DNA from: a virus
Strand: one strand, 5' to 3'
Length of the DNA stretch: 15,174 bases
Virus genome (UHGV): UHGV-1738898
The notes beneath the pieces are model-generated. The model did not search any database. It had not been told where the DNA came from and worked only from the letters and a program-made list of their open reading frames with translations. The stretch's first letter is position 1. Every line of letters begins with the position of its first letter. Of this stretch, positions 5,647-14,772 are shown one piece after another. The position numbers and the translations under genes are program-made.

Positions 5647-5979
5647 ATGACGAGCAAAGAAACCTTTACCCATTACCAGCCGCTGGGCAACAGTGACCCG
5701 GCTCATACCGCAACCGCGCCCGGCGGATTGAGTGCGAAAGCGCCTGCAATGACCCCGCTGATGCTGGACACCTCCACCCGTAAGCTGGTTGCGTGGGATG
5801 GCACCACCGACGGTGCTGCCGTTGGCATTCTTGCAGTTGCTGCTGACCAGACCAGCACCACACTGACGTTCTACAAGTCCGGCACGTTCCGTTATGAGGA
5901 TGTGCTCTGGCCGGAGGCTGCCAGCGACGAGACGAAAAAACGGACCGCGTTTGCCGGAACGGCAATCAGCATCGTTTAA
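5647..5979 (+). CDS. D: Head decoration protein gpD
   Basis: [42 protein letters not shown]...FAGTAISIV matches lambda D (110 aa). The ORF-track start at 5641 adds two upstream in-frame codons. Confidence 0.9.
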   Translation: MTSKETFTHYQPLGNSDPAHTATAPGGLSAKAPAMTPLMLDTSTRKLVAWDGTTDGAAVGILAVAADQTSTTLTFYKSGTFRYEDVLWPEAASDETKKRTAFAGTAISIV

Positions 5980-6000
5980 CTTTACCCTTCATCACTAAAG

Positions 6001-6020
6001 GCCGCCTGTGCGGCTTTTTT
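6001..6020 (+). terminator. GC stem-loop followed by a T-run in the D-E intergenic region (terminator-like hairpin)
   Basis: GCCGC (6001-6005), loop CTGT, GCGGC (6010-6014), then TTTTTT (6015-6020). The stem is short, so it may act as an RNA stability or processing element rather than an efficient terminator. Confidence 0.3.
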
Positions 6021-6033
6021 ACGGGATTTTTTT

Positions 6034-7059
6034 ATGTCGATGTACACAACCGCCCAGCTGCTGGCGGCAAATGAGCAGAAATTTAAGTTTGATCCGCTGT
6101 TTCTGCGTCTCTTTTTCCGTGAGAGCTATCCCTTCACTACGGAGAAAGTCTATCTCTCACAAATTCCGGGACTGGTAAACATGGCGCTGTACGTTTCGCC
6201 GATTGTTTCCGGTGAGGTTATCCGTTCCCGTGGCGGCTCCACCTCTGAATTTACGCCGGGATATGTCAAACCCAAGCATGAAGTGAATCCGCAGATGACC
6301 CTGCGTCGCCTGCCGGATGAAGATCCGCAGAATCTGGCGGACCCGGCTTACCGCCGCCGTCGCATCATCATGCAGAACATGCGTGACGAAGAGCTGGCCA
6401 TTGCTCAGGTCGAAGAGATGCAGGCAGTTTCTGCCGTGCTCAAGGGCAAATACACCATGACCGGTGAAGCCTTCGATCCGGTTGAGGTGGATATGGGCCG
6501 CAGTGCGGCGAACAACATCACGCAGTCCGGCGGCACGGAGTGGAGCAAGCGTGACAAGTCCACGTATGACCCGACCGACGATATCGAAGCCTACGCGCTG
6601 AACGCCAGCGGCGTGGTGAATATCATCGTGTTTGACCCGAAAGGCTGGGCGCTGTTCCGTTCCTTCAAAGCCGTCAGGGAGAAGCTGGATACCCGTCGCG
6701 GCTCTCATTCCGAACTGGAGACAGCGGTAAAAGACCTGGGCAAAGCGGTGTCTTATAAGGGAATGTATGGCGATGTGGCCATCGTCGTGTATTCCGGACA
6801 GTACGTGGAAAACGGTGTCAAAAAGAACTTCCTGCCGGACAACACGATGGTGCTGGGTAACACTCATGCACGCGGTCTGCGCACCTATGGCTGTATTCAG
6901 GATGCGGATGCATTGAGTGAGGGTATTAATGCGTCTCCCCGTTATCCGAAAAACTGGAAGACATCCGGCGATCCGGCGCGAGAGTTCACCATGATTCAGT
7001 CAGCACCGCTGATGCTGCTGGCTGATCCTGATGAGTTCGTGTCCGTTCAACTGGCGTAA
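6034..7059 (+). CDS. E: Major capsid protein gpE
   Basis: The 341-aa ORF beginning MSMYTTAQLLAANEQKFKFDPLFLRLFFRESYPFTTEKVYLSQIPGLVNMALYVSPIVSGEVIRSRGG... matches lambda E essentially end to end. Confidence 0.95.
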   Translation: MSMYTTAQLLAANEQKFKFDPLFLRLFFRESYPFTTEKVYLSQIPGLVNMALYVSPIVSGEVIRSRGGSTSEFTPGYVKPKHEVNPQMTLRRLPDEDPQNLADPAYRRRRIIMQNMRDEELAIAQVEEMQAVSAVLKGKYTMTGEAFDPVEVDMGRSAANNITQSGGTEWSKRDKSTYDPTDDIEAYALNASGVVNIIVFDPKGWALFRSFKAVREKLDTRRGSHSELETAVKDLGKAVSYKGMYGDVAIVVYSGQYVENGVKKNFLPDNTMVLGNTHARGLRTYGCIQDADALSEGINASPRYPKNWKTSGDPAREFTMIQSAPLMLLADPDEFVSVQLA

Positions 7060-7061
7060 TC

Positions 7062-7085
7062 ATGGCCCTTAGGGGCCATTTTCTC
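7062..7085 (+). terminator. Stem-loop plus T/C-rich tail in the E-FI intergenic region
   Basis: ATGGCCC (7062-7068), loop TTAG, GGGCCAT (7073-7079), followed by TTTTCT. Structure only; function unverified. Confidence 0.25.
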
Positions 7086-7100
7086 TCTGTGGAGGAGTCC

Positions 7101-7496
7101 ATGACGAAAGATGAACTGATTGCCCGTCTCCGGTCGCTGGGTGAGCAACTGAACCGTGATGTCAGCCTGACGGGGACGAAAGAAGAACTGGCGCTCCGTG
7201 TGGCAGAGCTGGAAGAGGAGCTTGATGACAAGGATGACGCAGCCGGTCAGGACACGTCTGTCAGCCCGGAAAATGCGCTGACCGGACATGAAAATGAGGT
7301 GGTATCAGCACAGACGGATACCGTGACTGATACGGCTGTTCTGGTCACGGTTGTGGCACTGGTGACGCTGCATACCGATGCACTTCACGCCACGCGGGAT
7401 GAGGCTGTGGCATTTGTGCTGCCGGGAACGGCGTTCCGTGTCTCTGCCGGTGTGGCAGCCGAAATGACAGAACGTGGCCTGGCCAGAATGCAATAA
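7101..7496 (+). CDS. FI: DNA-packaging / head assembly protein gpFI
   Basis: ATG 7101 is preceded by GGAGGAG. MTKDELIARLRSLGEQLNRDVSLTGTKEELALRVAEL... and ...HTDALHATRDEAVAFVLPGTAFRVSAGVAAEMTERGLARMQ match lambda FI. The central linker differs from what I recall of lambda. Confidence 0.9.
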   Translation: MTKDELIARLRSLGEQLNRDVSLTGTKEELALRVAELEEELDDKDDAAGQDTSVSPENALTGHENEVVSAQTDTVTDTAVLVTVVALVTLHTDALHATRDEAVAFVLPGTAFRVSAGVAAEMTERGLARMQ

Positions 7497-7507
7497 CGGG
7501 AGGCGCT

Positions 7508-7861
7508 GTGGCTGATTTCGATAACCTGTTCGATGCTGCCATTGCCCGCGCTGATGAAACGATACGCGGGTACATGGGAACGTCAGCCACCATGACATCC
7601 GGTGAGCAGTCCGGTGCTGTGATACGTGGTGTTTTTGATGACCCTGAAAATATCAGCTATGCCGGACAGGGCGTGCGCGTTGAAGGCTCCAGCCCGTCCC
7701 TGTTTGTCCGGACTGATGATGTGCGGCAGCTGCGGCGCGGCGACACGCTGACCATCGGTGAGGAAAACTTCTGGATAGACCGGATTTCGCCGGATGATGG
7801 CGGAAGCTGTCATCTCTGGCTTGGGCGGGGCGTACCGCCTGCCGTTAACCGTCGCCGCTGA
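7508..7861 (+). CDS. FII: Head-tail joining protein gpFII (GTG start)
   Basis: MADFDNLFDAAIARADETIRGYMGTSATMTSGEQSGAVIRGVFDDPENISYAGQGVRVEG... matches lambda FII (117 aa). Confidence 0.9.
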   Translation: MADFDNLFDAAIARADETIRGYMGTSATMTSGEQSGAVIRGVFDDPENISYAGQGVRVEGSSPSLFVRTDDVRQLRRGDTLTIGEENFWIDRISPDDGGSCHLWLGRGVPPAVNRRR

Positions 7862-7872
7862 AAGGGGGATGT

Positions 7873-8451
7873 ATGGCCATAAAAGGTCTTGAGCAGGCCA
7901 TTGAAAACCTCAGCCGTATCAGCAAAACGGCGGTGCCTGGTGCCGCCGCAATGGCCATTAACCGCGTTGCTTCATCCGCGATATCGCAGTCGGCGTCACA
8001 GGTTGCCCGTGAGACAAAGGTACGCCGGAAACTGGTAAAGGAAAGGGCCAGGCTGAAAAGGGCCACGGTCAAAAATCCGCAGGCCAGAATCAAAGTTAAC
8101 CGGGGGGATTTGCCCGTAATCAAGCTGGGTAATGCGCGGGTTGTCCTTTCGCGCCGCAGGCGTCGTAAAAAGGGGCAGCGTTCATCCCTGAAAGGTGGCG
8201 GCAGCGTGCTTGTGGTGGGTAACCGTCGTATTCCCGGCGCGTTTATTCAGCAACTGAAAAATGGCCGGTGGCATGTCATGCAGCGTGTGGCCGGGAAAAA
8301 CCGTTACCCCATTGATGTGGTGAAAATCCCGATGGCGGTGCCGCTGACCACGGCGTTTAAACAAAATATTGAGCGGATACGGCGTGAACGTCTTCCGAAA
8401 GAGCTGGGCTATGCGCTGCAGCATCAACTGAGGATGGTAATAAAGCGATGA
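7873..8451 (+). CDS. Z: Tail completion protein gpZ
   Basis: The 192-aa ORF MAIKGLEQAIENLSRISKTAVPGAAAMAINRVASSAISQ... matches lambda Z. Its stop overlaps the U start (ATGA). Confidence 0.9.
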   Translation: MAIKGLEQAIENLSRISKTAVPGAAAMAINRVASSAISQSASQVARETKVRRKLVKERARLKRATVKNPQARIKVNRGDLPVIKLGNARVVLSRRRRRKKGQRSSLKGGGSVLVVGNRRIPGAFIQQLKNGRWHVMQRVAGKNRYPIDVVKIPMAVPLTTAFKQNIERIRRERLPKELGYALQHQLRMVIKR

Positions 8452-8843
8452 AACATACTGAACTCCGTGCAGCCATACTGGATGCACTGGAGAAGCATGA
8501 CACCGGGGCGACGTTTTTTGATGGTCGCCCCGCTGTTTTTGATGAGGCGGATTTTCCGGCAGTTGCCGTTTATCTCACCGGCGCTGAATACACGGGCGAA
8601 GAGCTGGACAGCGATACCTGGCAGGCGGAGCTGCATATCGAAGTTTTCCTGCCTGCTCAGGTGCCGGATTCAGAGCTGGATGCGTGGATGGAGTCCCGGA
8701 TTTATCCGGTGATGAGCGATATCCCGGCACTGTCAGATTTGATCACCAGTATGGTGGCCAGCGGCTATGACTACCGGCGCGACGATGATGCGGGCCTGTG
8801 GAGTTCAGCCGATCTGACTTATGTCATTACCTATGAAATGTGA
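8448..8843 (+). CDS. U: Tail tube terminator protein gpU
   Basis: The 131-aa [55 protein letters not shown]... matches lambda U. Confidence 0.9.
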
Positions 8844-8850
8844 GGACGCT

Positions 8851-9591
8851 ATGCCTGTACCAAATCCTACAATGCCGGTGAAAGGTGCCGGGACCACCCT
8901 GTGGGTTTATAAGGGGAGCGGTGACCCTTATGCGAATCCGCTTTCAGACGTTGACTGGTCGCGTCTGGCAAAAGTTAAAGACCTGACGCCCGGCGAACTG
9001 ACCGCTGAGTCCTATGACGACAGCTATCTCGATGATGAAGATGCAGACTGGACTGCGACCGGGCAGGGGCAGAAATCTGCCGGAGATACCAGCTTCACGC
9101 TGGCGTGGATGCCCGGAGAGCAGGGGCAGCAGGCGCTGCTGGCGTGGTTTAATGAAGGCGATACCCGTGCCTATAAAATCCGCTTCCCGAACGGCACGGT
9201 CGATGTGTTCCGTGGCTGGGTCAGCAGTATCGGTAAGGCGGTGACGGCGAAGGAAGTGATCACCCGCACGGTGAAAGTCACCAATGTGGGACGTCCGTCG
9301 ATGGCAGAAGATCGCAGCACGGTAACAGCGGCAACCGGCATGACCGTGACGCCTGCCAGCACCTCGGTGGTGAAAGGGCAGAGCACCACGCTGACCGTGG
9401 CCTTCCAGCCGGAGGGCGTAACCGACAAGAGCTTTCGTGCGGTGTCTGCGGATAAAACAAAAGCCACCGTGTCGGTCAGTGGTATGACCATCACCGTGAA
9501 CGGCGTTGCTGCAGGCAAGGTCAACATTCCGGTTGTATCCGGTAATGGTGAGTTTGCTGCGGTTGCAGAAATTACCGTCACCGCCAGTTAA
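8851..9591 (+). CDS. V: Major tail tube protein gpV (with C-terminal Ig-like domain)
   Basis: From ATG 8851 the translation [36 protein letters not shown]... matches lambda V (246 aa). The ORF-track start at 8821 is an upstream in-frame extension overlapping the end of U. Confidence 0.9.
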
Positions 9592-9606
9592 TCCGGAGAG
9601 TCAGCG

Positions 9607-10029
9607 ATGTTCCTGAAAACCGAATCATTTGAACATAACGGTGTGACCGTCACGCTTTCTGAACTGTCAGCCCTGCAGCGCATTGAGCATCTCGCCCTGA
9701 TGAAACGGCAGGCAGAACAGGCGGAGTCAGACAGCAACCGGAAGTTTACTGTGGAAGACGCCATCAGAACCGGCGCGTTTCTGGTGGCGATGTCCCTGTG
9801 GCATAACCATCCGCAGAAGACGCAGATGCCGTCCATGAATGAAGCCGTTAAACAGATTGAGCAGGAAGTGCTTACCACCTGGCCCACGGAGGCAATTTCT
9901 CATGCTGAAAACGTGGTGTACCGGCTGTCTGGTATGTATGAGTTTGTGGTGAATAATGCCCCTGAACAGACAGAGGACGCCGGGCCCGCAGAGCCTGTTT
10001 CTGCGGGAAAGTGTTCGACGGTGAGCTGA
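9607..10029 (+). CDS. G: Tail assembly chaperone gpG
   Basis: The 140-aa ORF MFLKTESFEHNGVTVTLSELSALQRIEHLALMKRQAEQAESDSNRKFTVEDAIRTGAFLV... matches lambda G. Confidence 0.9.
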   Translation: MFLKTESFEHNGVTVTLSELSALQRIEHLALMKRQAEQAESDSNRKFTVEDAIRTGAFLVAMSLWHNHPQKTQMPSMNEAVKQIEQEVLTTWPTEAISHAENVVYRLSGMYEFVVNNAPEQTEDAGPAEPVSAGKCSTVS

Positions 10030-10445
10030 GTTTTGCCCTGAAACTGGCGCGTGAGATGGGGCGACCCGACTGGCGTGCCATGCTTGCCGGGATGTCATCC
10101 ACGGAGTATGCCGACTGGCACCGCTTTTACAGTACCCATTATTTTCATGATGTTCTGCTGGATATGCACTTTTCCGGGCTGACGTACACCGTGCTCAGCC
10201 TGTTTTTCAGCGATCCGGATATGCATCCGCTGGATTTCAGTCTGCTGAACCGGCGCGAGGCTGACGAAGAGCCTGAAGATGATGTGCTGATGCAGAAAGC
10301 GGCAGGGCTTGCCGGAGGTGTCCGCTTTGGCCCGGACGGGAATGAAGTTATCCCCGCTTCCCCGGATGTGGCGGACATGACGGAGGATGACGTAATGCTG
10401 ATGACAGTATCAGAAGGGATCGCAGGAGGAGTCCGGTATGGCTGA
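9607..10445 (+). CDS. T: Tail assembly chaperone fusion gpG-T, made by programmed -1 ribosomal frameshift at 10005-10011
   Basis: The slippery heptamer G GGA AAG sits at 10005-10011 in the G frame. The -1 frame continues as VFDGELSFALKLAREMGRPDWRAMLAGMSSTEYADWHRFYSTHYF... to the TGA at 10443-10445, matching the lambda T portion. Confidence 0.8.
10005..10011 (+). promoter_or_regulatory. Programmed -1 frameshift slippery site (GGGAAAG) for G/G-T
   Basis: Heptamer in the X XXY YYZ configuration relative to the G frame, near the end of G, with the T ORF open in the -1 frame. Confidence 0.8.
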
Positions 10446-12999
10446 ACCGGTAGGCGATCTGGTCGTTGATTTAAGTCTGGATGCGGCCAGATTTGACGAG
10501 CAGATGGCCAGAGTCAGGCGTCATTTTTCCGGTACGGAAAGTGATGCGAAAAAAACAGCGGCAGTCGTTGAACAGTCGCTGAGCCGACAGGCGCTGGCTG
10601 CACAGAAAGCGGGGATTTCCGTCGGGCAGTATAAAGCCGCCATGCGTATGCTGCCTGCACAGTTCACCGACGTGGCCACGCAGCTTGCAGGCGGGCAAAG
10701 TCCGTGGCTGATCCTGCTGCAACAGGGGGGGCAGGTGAAGGACTCCTTCGGCGGGATGATCCCCATGTTCAGGGGGCTTGCCGGTGCGATCACCCTGCCG
10801 ATGGTGGGGGCCACCTCGCTGGCGGTGGCGACCGGTGCGCTGGCGTATGCCTGGTATCAGGGCAACTCAACCCTGTCCGATTTCAACAAAACGCTGGTCC
10901 TTTCCGGCAATCAGGCGGGACTGACGGCAGATCGTATGCTGGTCCTGTCCAGAGCCGGGCAGGCGGCAGGGCTGATGTTTAACCAGACCAGCGAGTCACT
11001 CAGCGCACTGGTTAAGGCGGGGGTAAGCGGTGAGGCTCAGATTGCGTCCATCAGCCAGAGTGTGGCTCGTTTCTCCTCTGCATCCGGCGTGGAGGTGGAC
11101 AAGGTCGCTGAAGCCTTCGGGAAGCTGACCACAGACCCGACGTCGGGGCTGACGGCGATGGCACGCCAGTTCCATAACGTGACGGCGGAGCAGATTGCGT
11201 ATGTTGCTCAGTTGCAGCGTTCCGGCGATGAAGCCGGGGCATTGCAGGCGGCGAACGAGGCCGCAACGAAAGGGTTTGATGACCAGACCCGCCGCCTGAA
11301 AGAGAACATGGGCACGCTGGAGACCTGGGCAGACAGGACTGCGCGGGCCTTCAAATCCATGTGGGATGCGGTGCTGGATATTGGTCGTCCTGATACCGCG
11401 CAGGAGATGCTGATTAAGGCAGAGGCTGCGTTTAAGAAAGCAGACGACATCTGGAATCTGCGCAAGGATGATTATTTTGTTAACGATGAAGCGCGGGCGC
11501 GTTACTGGGATGATCGTGAAAAGGCCCGTCTTGCGCTTGAAGCCGCCCGAAAGAAGGCTGAGCAGCAGACTCAACAGGACAAAAATGCGCAGCAGCAGAG
11601 CGATACCGAAGCGTCACGGCTGAAATATACCGAAGAGGCGCAGAAGGCTTACAAACGGCTGCAGACGCCGCTGGAGAAATATACCGCCCGTCAGGAAGAA
11701 CTGAACAAGGCACTGAAAGACGGGAAAATCCTGCAGGCGGATTACAACACGCTGATGGCGGCGGCGAAAAAGGATTATGAAGCGACGCTGAAAAAGCCGA
11801 AACAGTCCGGCGTGAAGGTGTCTGCGGGCGATCGTCAGGAAGACAGTGCTCATGCTGCCCTGCTGACGCTTCAGGCAGAACTCCGGACGCTGGAGAAGCA
11901 TGCCGGAGCGAATGAGAAAATCAGCCAGCAGCGCCGGGATTTGTGGAAGGCAGAAAGTCAGTTCGCGGTACTGGAGGAGGCGGCACAACGTCGCCAGCTG
12001 TCCGCACAGGAGAAATCCCTGCTGGCGCATAAAGATGAGACGCTGGAGTACAAACGCCAGCTGGCTGCACTTGGCGACAAGGTTACGTATCAGGAGCGCC
12101 TGAACGCGCTGGCGCAGCAGGCGGATAAATTCGCACAGCAGCAACGGGCAAAACGGGCCGCCATTGATGCGAAAAGCCGGGGGCTGACTGACCGGCAGGC
12201 AGAACGGGAAGCCACGGAACAGCGCCTGAAGGAACAGTATGGCGATAATCCGCTGGCGCTGAATAACGTCATGTCAGAGCAGAAAAAGACCTGGGCGGCT
12301 AAAGACCAGCTTCGCGGGAGCTGGATGGCAGGCCTGAAGTCCGGCTGGAGTGAGTGGGAAGAGAGCGCCACGGACAGTATGTCGCAGGTAAAAAGTGCAG
12401 CCACGCAGACCTTTGATGGTATTGCACAGAATATGGCAGCGATGCTGACCGGCAGTGAGCAGAACTGGCGCAGCTTCACCCGTTCCGTGCTGTCCATGAT
12501 GACAGAAATTCTGCTTAAGCAGGCAATGGTGGGGATTGTCGGGAGTATCGGCAGCGCCATTGGCGGGGCTGTTGGTGGCGGCGCATCCGCGTCAGGCGGT
12601 ACAGCCATTCAGGCCGCTGCGGCGAAATTCCATTTTGCAACCGGAGGATTCACAGGAACCGGCGGTAAATATGAGCCAGCGGGGATTGTTCATCGTGGTG
12701 AATTTGTCTTCACGAAGGAGGCAACCAGCCGGATTGGCGTGGGGAATCTTTACCGGCTGATGCGCGGCTATGCCACCGGCGGTTATGTCGGTACACCGGG
12801 CAGCATGGCAGACAGCCGGTCGCAGGCGTCCGGGACGTTTGAGCAGAATAACCATGTGGTGATTAACAACGACGGCACGAACGGGCAGATAGGTCCGGCT
12901 GCTCTGAAGGCAGTGTATGACATGGCCCGCAAGGGTGCCCGTGATGAAATCCAGGCACAGATGCGCGATGGTGGTCTGTTCTCCGGAGGTGGACGATGA
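10438..12999 (+). CDS. H: Tail tape measure protein gpH
   Basis: The 853-aa ORF MAEPVGDLVVDLSLDAARFDEQMARVRRHFSGTESDAKKTAAVVEQ... matches lambda H in length and sequence. Its start overlaps the end of T. Confidence 0.95.
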   Translation: MAEPVGDLVVDLSLDAARFDEQMARVRRHFSGTESDAKKTAAVVEQSLSRQALAAQKAGISVGQYKAAMRMLPAQFTDVATQLAGGQSPWLILLQQGGQVKDSFGGMIPMFRGLAGAITLPMVGATSLAVATGALAYAWYQGNSTLSDFNKTLVLSGNQAGLTADRMLVLSRAGQAAGLMFNQTSESLSALVKAGVSGEAQIASISQSVARFSSASGVEVDKVAEAFGKLTTDPTSGLTAMARQFHNVTAEQIAYVAQLQRSGDEAGALQAANEAATKGFDDQTRRLKENMGTLETWADRTARAFKSMWDAVLDIGRPDTAQEMLIKAEAAFKKADDIWNLRKDDYFVNDEARARYWDDREKARLALEAARKKAEQQTQQDKNAQQQSDTEASRLKYTEEAQKAYKRLQTPLEKYTARQEELNKALKDGKILQADYNTLMAAAKKDYEATLKKPKQSGVKVSAGDRQEDSAHAALLTLQAELRTLEKHAGANEKISQQRRDLWKAESQFAVLEEAAQRRQLSAQEKSLLAHKDETLEYKRQLAALGDKVTYQERLNALAQQADKFAQQQRAKRAAIDAKSRGLTDRQAEREATEQRLKEQYGDNPLALNNVMSEQKKTWAAKDQLRGSWMAGLKSGWSEWEESATDSMSQVKSAATQTFDGIAQNMAAMLTGSEQNWRSFTRSVLSMMTEILLKQAMVGIVGSIGSAIGGAVGGGASASGGTAIQAAAAKFHFATGGFTGTGGKYEPAGIVHRGEFVFTKEATSRIGVGNLYRLMRGYATGGYVGTPGSMADSRSQASGTFEQNNHVVINNDGTNGQIGPAALKAVYDMARKGARDEIQAQMRDGGLFSGGGR

Positions 13000-13325
13000 A
13001 AACCTTCCGCTGGAAAGTGAAACCCGGGATGGATGTGACATCGGCTCCTTCCGTCAGGGAGGTGCGCTTTGGTGATGGCTATTCCCAGCGTGCGCCTGCC
13101 GGGCTGAACGCTGACCTGAAAACGTACAGCGTGACGCTGTCTGTCTCCCGTGAGGAGGCCACGGCGCTGGAGTCGTTTCTGGCTGAGCACGGGGGCTGGA
13201 AGGCCTTTTTGTGGACGCCGCCTTATGGTTACAGGCAGATAAAGGTGACCTGCGCAAAATGGTCGTCGCAGGTCAGTATGTTGCGTGTTGAGTTCAGCGC
13301 AGAGTTTAAACAGGTGGTGAACTGA
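12996..13325 (+). CDS. M: Tail tip protein gpM
   Basis: The 109-aa ORF MKTFRWKVKPGMDVTSAPSVREVRFGDGYSQRAPAGLNADLKTYSVTLSV... matches lambda M. ATGA overlap with the H stop. Confidence 0.9.
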   Translation: MKTFRWKVKPGMDVTSAPSVREVRFGDGYSQRAPAGLNADLKTYSVTLSVSREEATALESFLAEHGGWKAFLWTPPYGYRQIKVTCAKWSSQVSMLRVEFSAEFKQVVN

Positions 13326-14023
13326 TGCAGGATATCCGGCAGGAAACACTGAATGAATGCACCCGTGCGGAGCAGTCGGCCAGCGTGGTGCTCTGGGAAA
13401 TCGATCTGACAGAGGTCGGTGGTGAACGTTATTTTTTCTGTAATGAGCAGAACGAAAAAGGTGAGCCGGTCACCTGGCAGGGGCGACGGTATCAGCCGTA
13501 TCCCATTCAGGGGAGTGGTTTTGAACTGAATGGCAAAGGCACCAGTACGCGCCCCACGCTGACGGTTTCTAACCTGTACGGTATGGTCACCGGGATGGCG
13601 GAAGATCTGCAGAGTCTGGTCGGCGGAACGGTGGTCCGGCGTAAGGTTTACGCCCGTTTTCTGGATGCGGTGAACTTCGTCAACGGAAACAGTGACGCCG
13701 ATCCGGAGCAGGAGGTGATCAGCCGCTGGCGCATTGAGCAGTGCAGCGAACTGAGCGCGGTGAGTGCCTCTTTTGTACTGTCCACGCCGACGGAAACGGA
13801 CGGCGCTGTTTTTCCGGGACGTATCATGCTGGCCAACACCTGCACCTGGACCTATCGCGGCGATGAGTGCGGTTATCACGGTCCGGCGGTCGCGGATGAA
13901 TATGACCAGCCAACGTCCGATATCACGAAGGATAAATGCAGCAAATGCCTGAGCGGTTGTAAGTTCCGCAATAACGTCGGCAACTTTGGCGGCTTCCTTT
14001 CCATTAACAAACTTTCGCAGTAA
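13325..14023 (+). CDS. L: Tail tip protein gpL (C-terminal cysteine cluster)
   Basis: The 232-aa ORF MQDIRQETLNECTRAEQSASVVLWEIDLTEVGGERYFF... matches lambda L. Cys-rich C-terminus CTWTYRGDECGYHG...CSKCLSGC. Confidence 0.9.
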   Translation: MQDIRQETLNECTRAEQSASVVLWEIDLTEVGGERYFFCNEQNEKGEPVTWQGRRYQPYPIQGSGFELNGKGTSTRPTLTVSNLYGMVTGMAEDLQSLVGGTVVRRKVYARFLDAVNFVNGNSDADPEQEVISRWRIEQCSELSAVSASFVLSTPTETDGAVFPGRIMLANTCTWTYRGDECGYHGPAVADEYDQPTSDITKDKCSKCLSGCKFRNNVGNFGGFLSINKLSQ

Positions 14024-14028
14024 ATCCC

Positions 14029-14772
14029 ATGACACAGACAGAATCAGCAATTCTGGCGCACGCCCGGCGATGTGCGCCAGCGGAGTCGTGCGGCTTCGTG
14101 GTAAGCACGCCGGAGCGGGAAAGATATTTCCCCTGCGTGAATATCTCCGGTGAGCCGGAGGCGTATTTCCGGATGGCTCCGGAGGACTGGCTGCGGGCAG
14201 AAATGCAGGGTGAGATTGTGGCGCTGGTCCACAGTCACCCCGGTGCTCTGCCCTGGCTGAGTGAGGCCGACCGGCGGCTGCAGGTGCAGAGTGATTTGCC
14301 GTGGTGGCTGGTCTGCCGGGGGGCGATTCACAAGTTCCGCTGTGTGCCACATCTTACCGGGCGGCGCTTTGAGCACGGGGTGACGGACTGTTACACGCTG
14401 TTCCGGGATGCTTATCATCTGGCGGGGATTGAGATGCCGGATTTTCATCGCGAGGATGACTGGTGGCGTCACGGTCAGAATCTCTATCTGGATAATCTGG
14501 AGGCCACAGGGCTGTATCAGGTGCCGTTGTCAGCGGCGCAGCCGGGCGATGTGCTGCTGTGCTGTTTTGGTTCATCGGTGCCGAATCATGCCGCCATTTA
14601 CTGCGGCGACGGCGAGCTGTTGCACCATATTCCTGAACAACTGAGCAAACGAGAGAGGTATACAGACAAATGGCAGCGACGCACACACTCCCTCTGGCGT
14701 CACCGGGCATGGCACGCATCTGCCTTTACGGGGATTTACAACGATTTGGCCGCCGCATCGACCTTCGTGTGA
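14029..14772 (+). CDS. K: Tail tip assembly protein gpK (JAB/MPN-like N-terminus plus NlpC/P60-like C-terminus), long form; classical lambda start corresponds to ATG 14173
   Basis: The 247-aa ORF starts 5 bp after the L stop. Residues from M49 (MAPEDWLRAEMQGEIVALVHSHPG...) correspond to the classically annotated 199-aa K. The upstream 48 codons are open and include a glutamate-containing stretch (PAESCGFV) ahead of the HSHP motif. Confidence 0.8.
   Translation: MTQTESAILAHARRCAPAESCGFVVSTPERERYFPCVNISGEPEAYFRMAPEDWLRAEMQGEIVALVHSHPGALPWLSEADRRLQVQSDLPWWLVCRGAIHKFRCVPHLTGRRFEHGVTDCYTLFRDAYHLAGIEMPDFHREDDWWRHGQNLYLDNLEATGLYQVPLSAAQPGDVLLCCFGSSVPNHAAIYCGDGELLHHIPEQLSKRERYTDKWQRRTHSLWRHRAWHASAFTGIYNDLAAASTFV

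Noticed and set aside
6157-6867. 236-aa minus-strand ORF inside gene E, and similar long antisense ORFs (13229-14350, 11614-12144, 12090-12608, 10996-11574, 4504-4995, 5272-5706)
   Set aside because: They lie antisense to ORFs whose products match well-known lambda proteins. Open antisense frames are expected in GC-rich coding DNA, and none has a recognisable motif.
8821-8850. ORF-track start of V at 8821 and of D at 5641
   Set aside because: These are in-frame upstream ATGs within the preceding gene or intergenic DNA. The conserved N-termini ([10 protein letters not shown]..., [10 protein letters not shown]...) start at 8851 and 5647.
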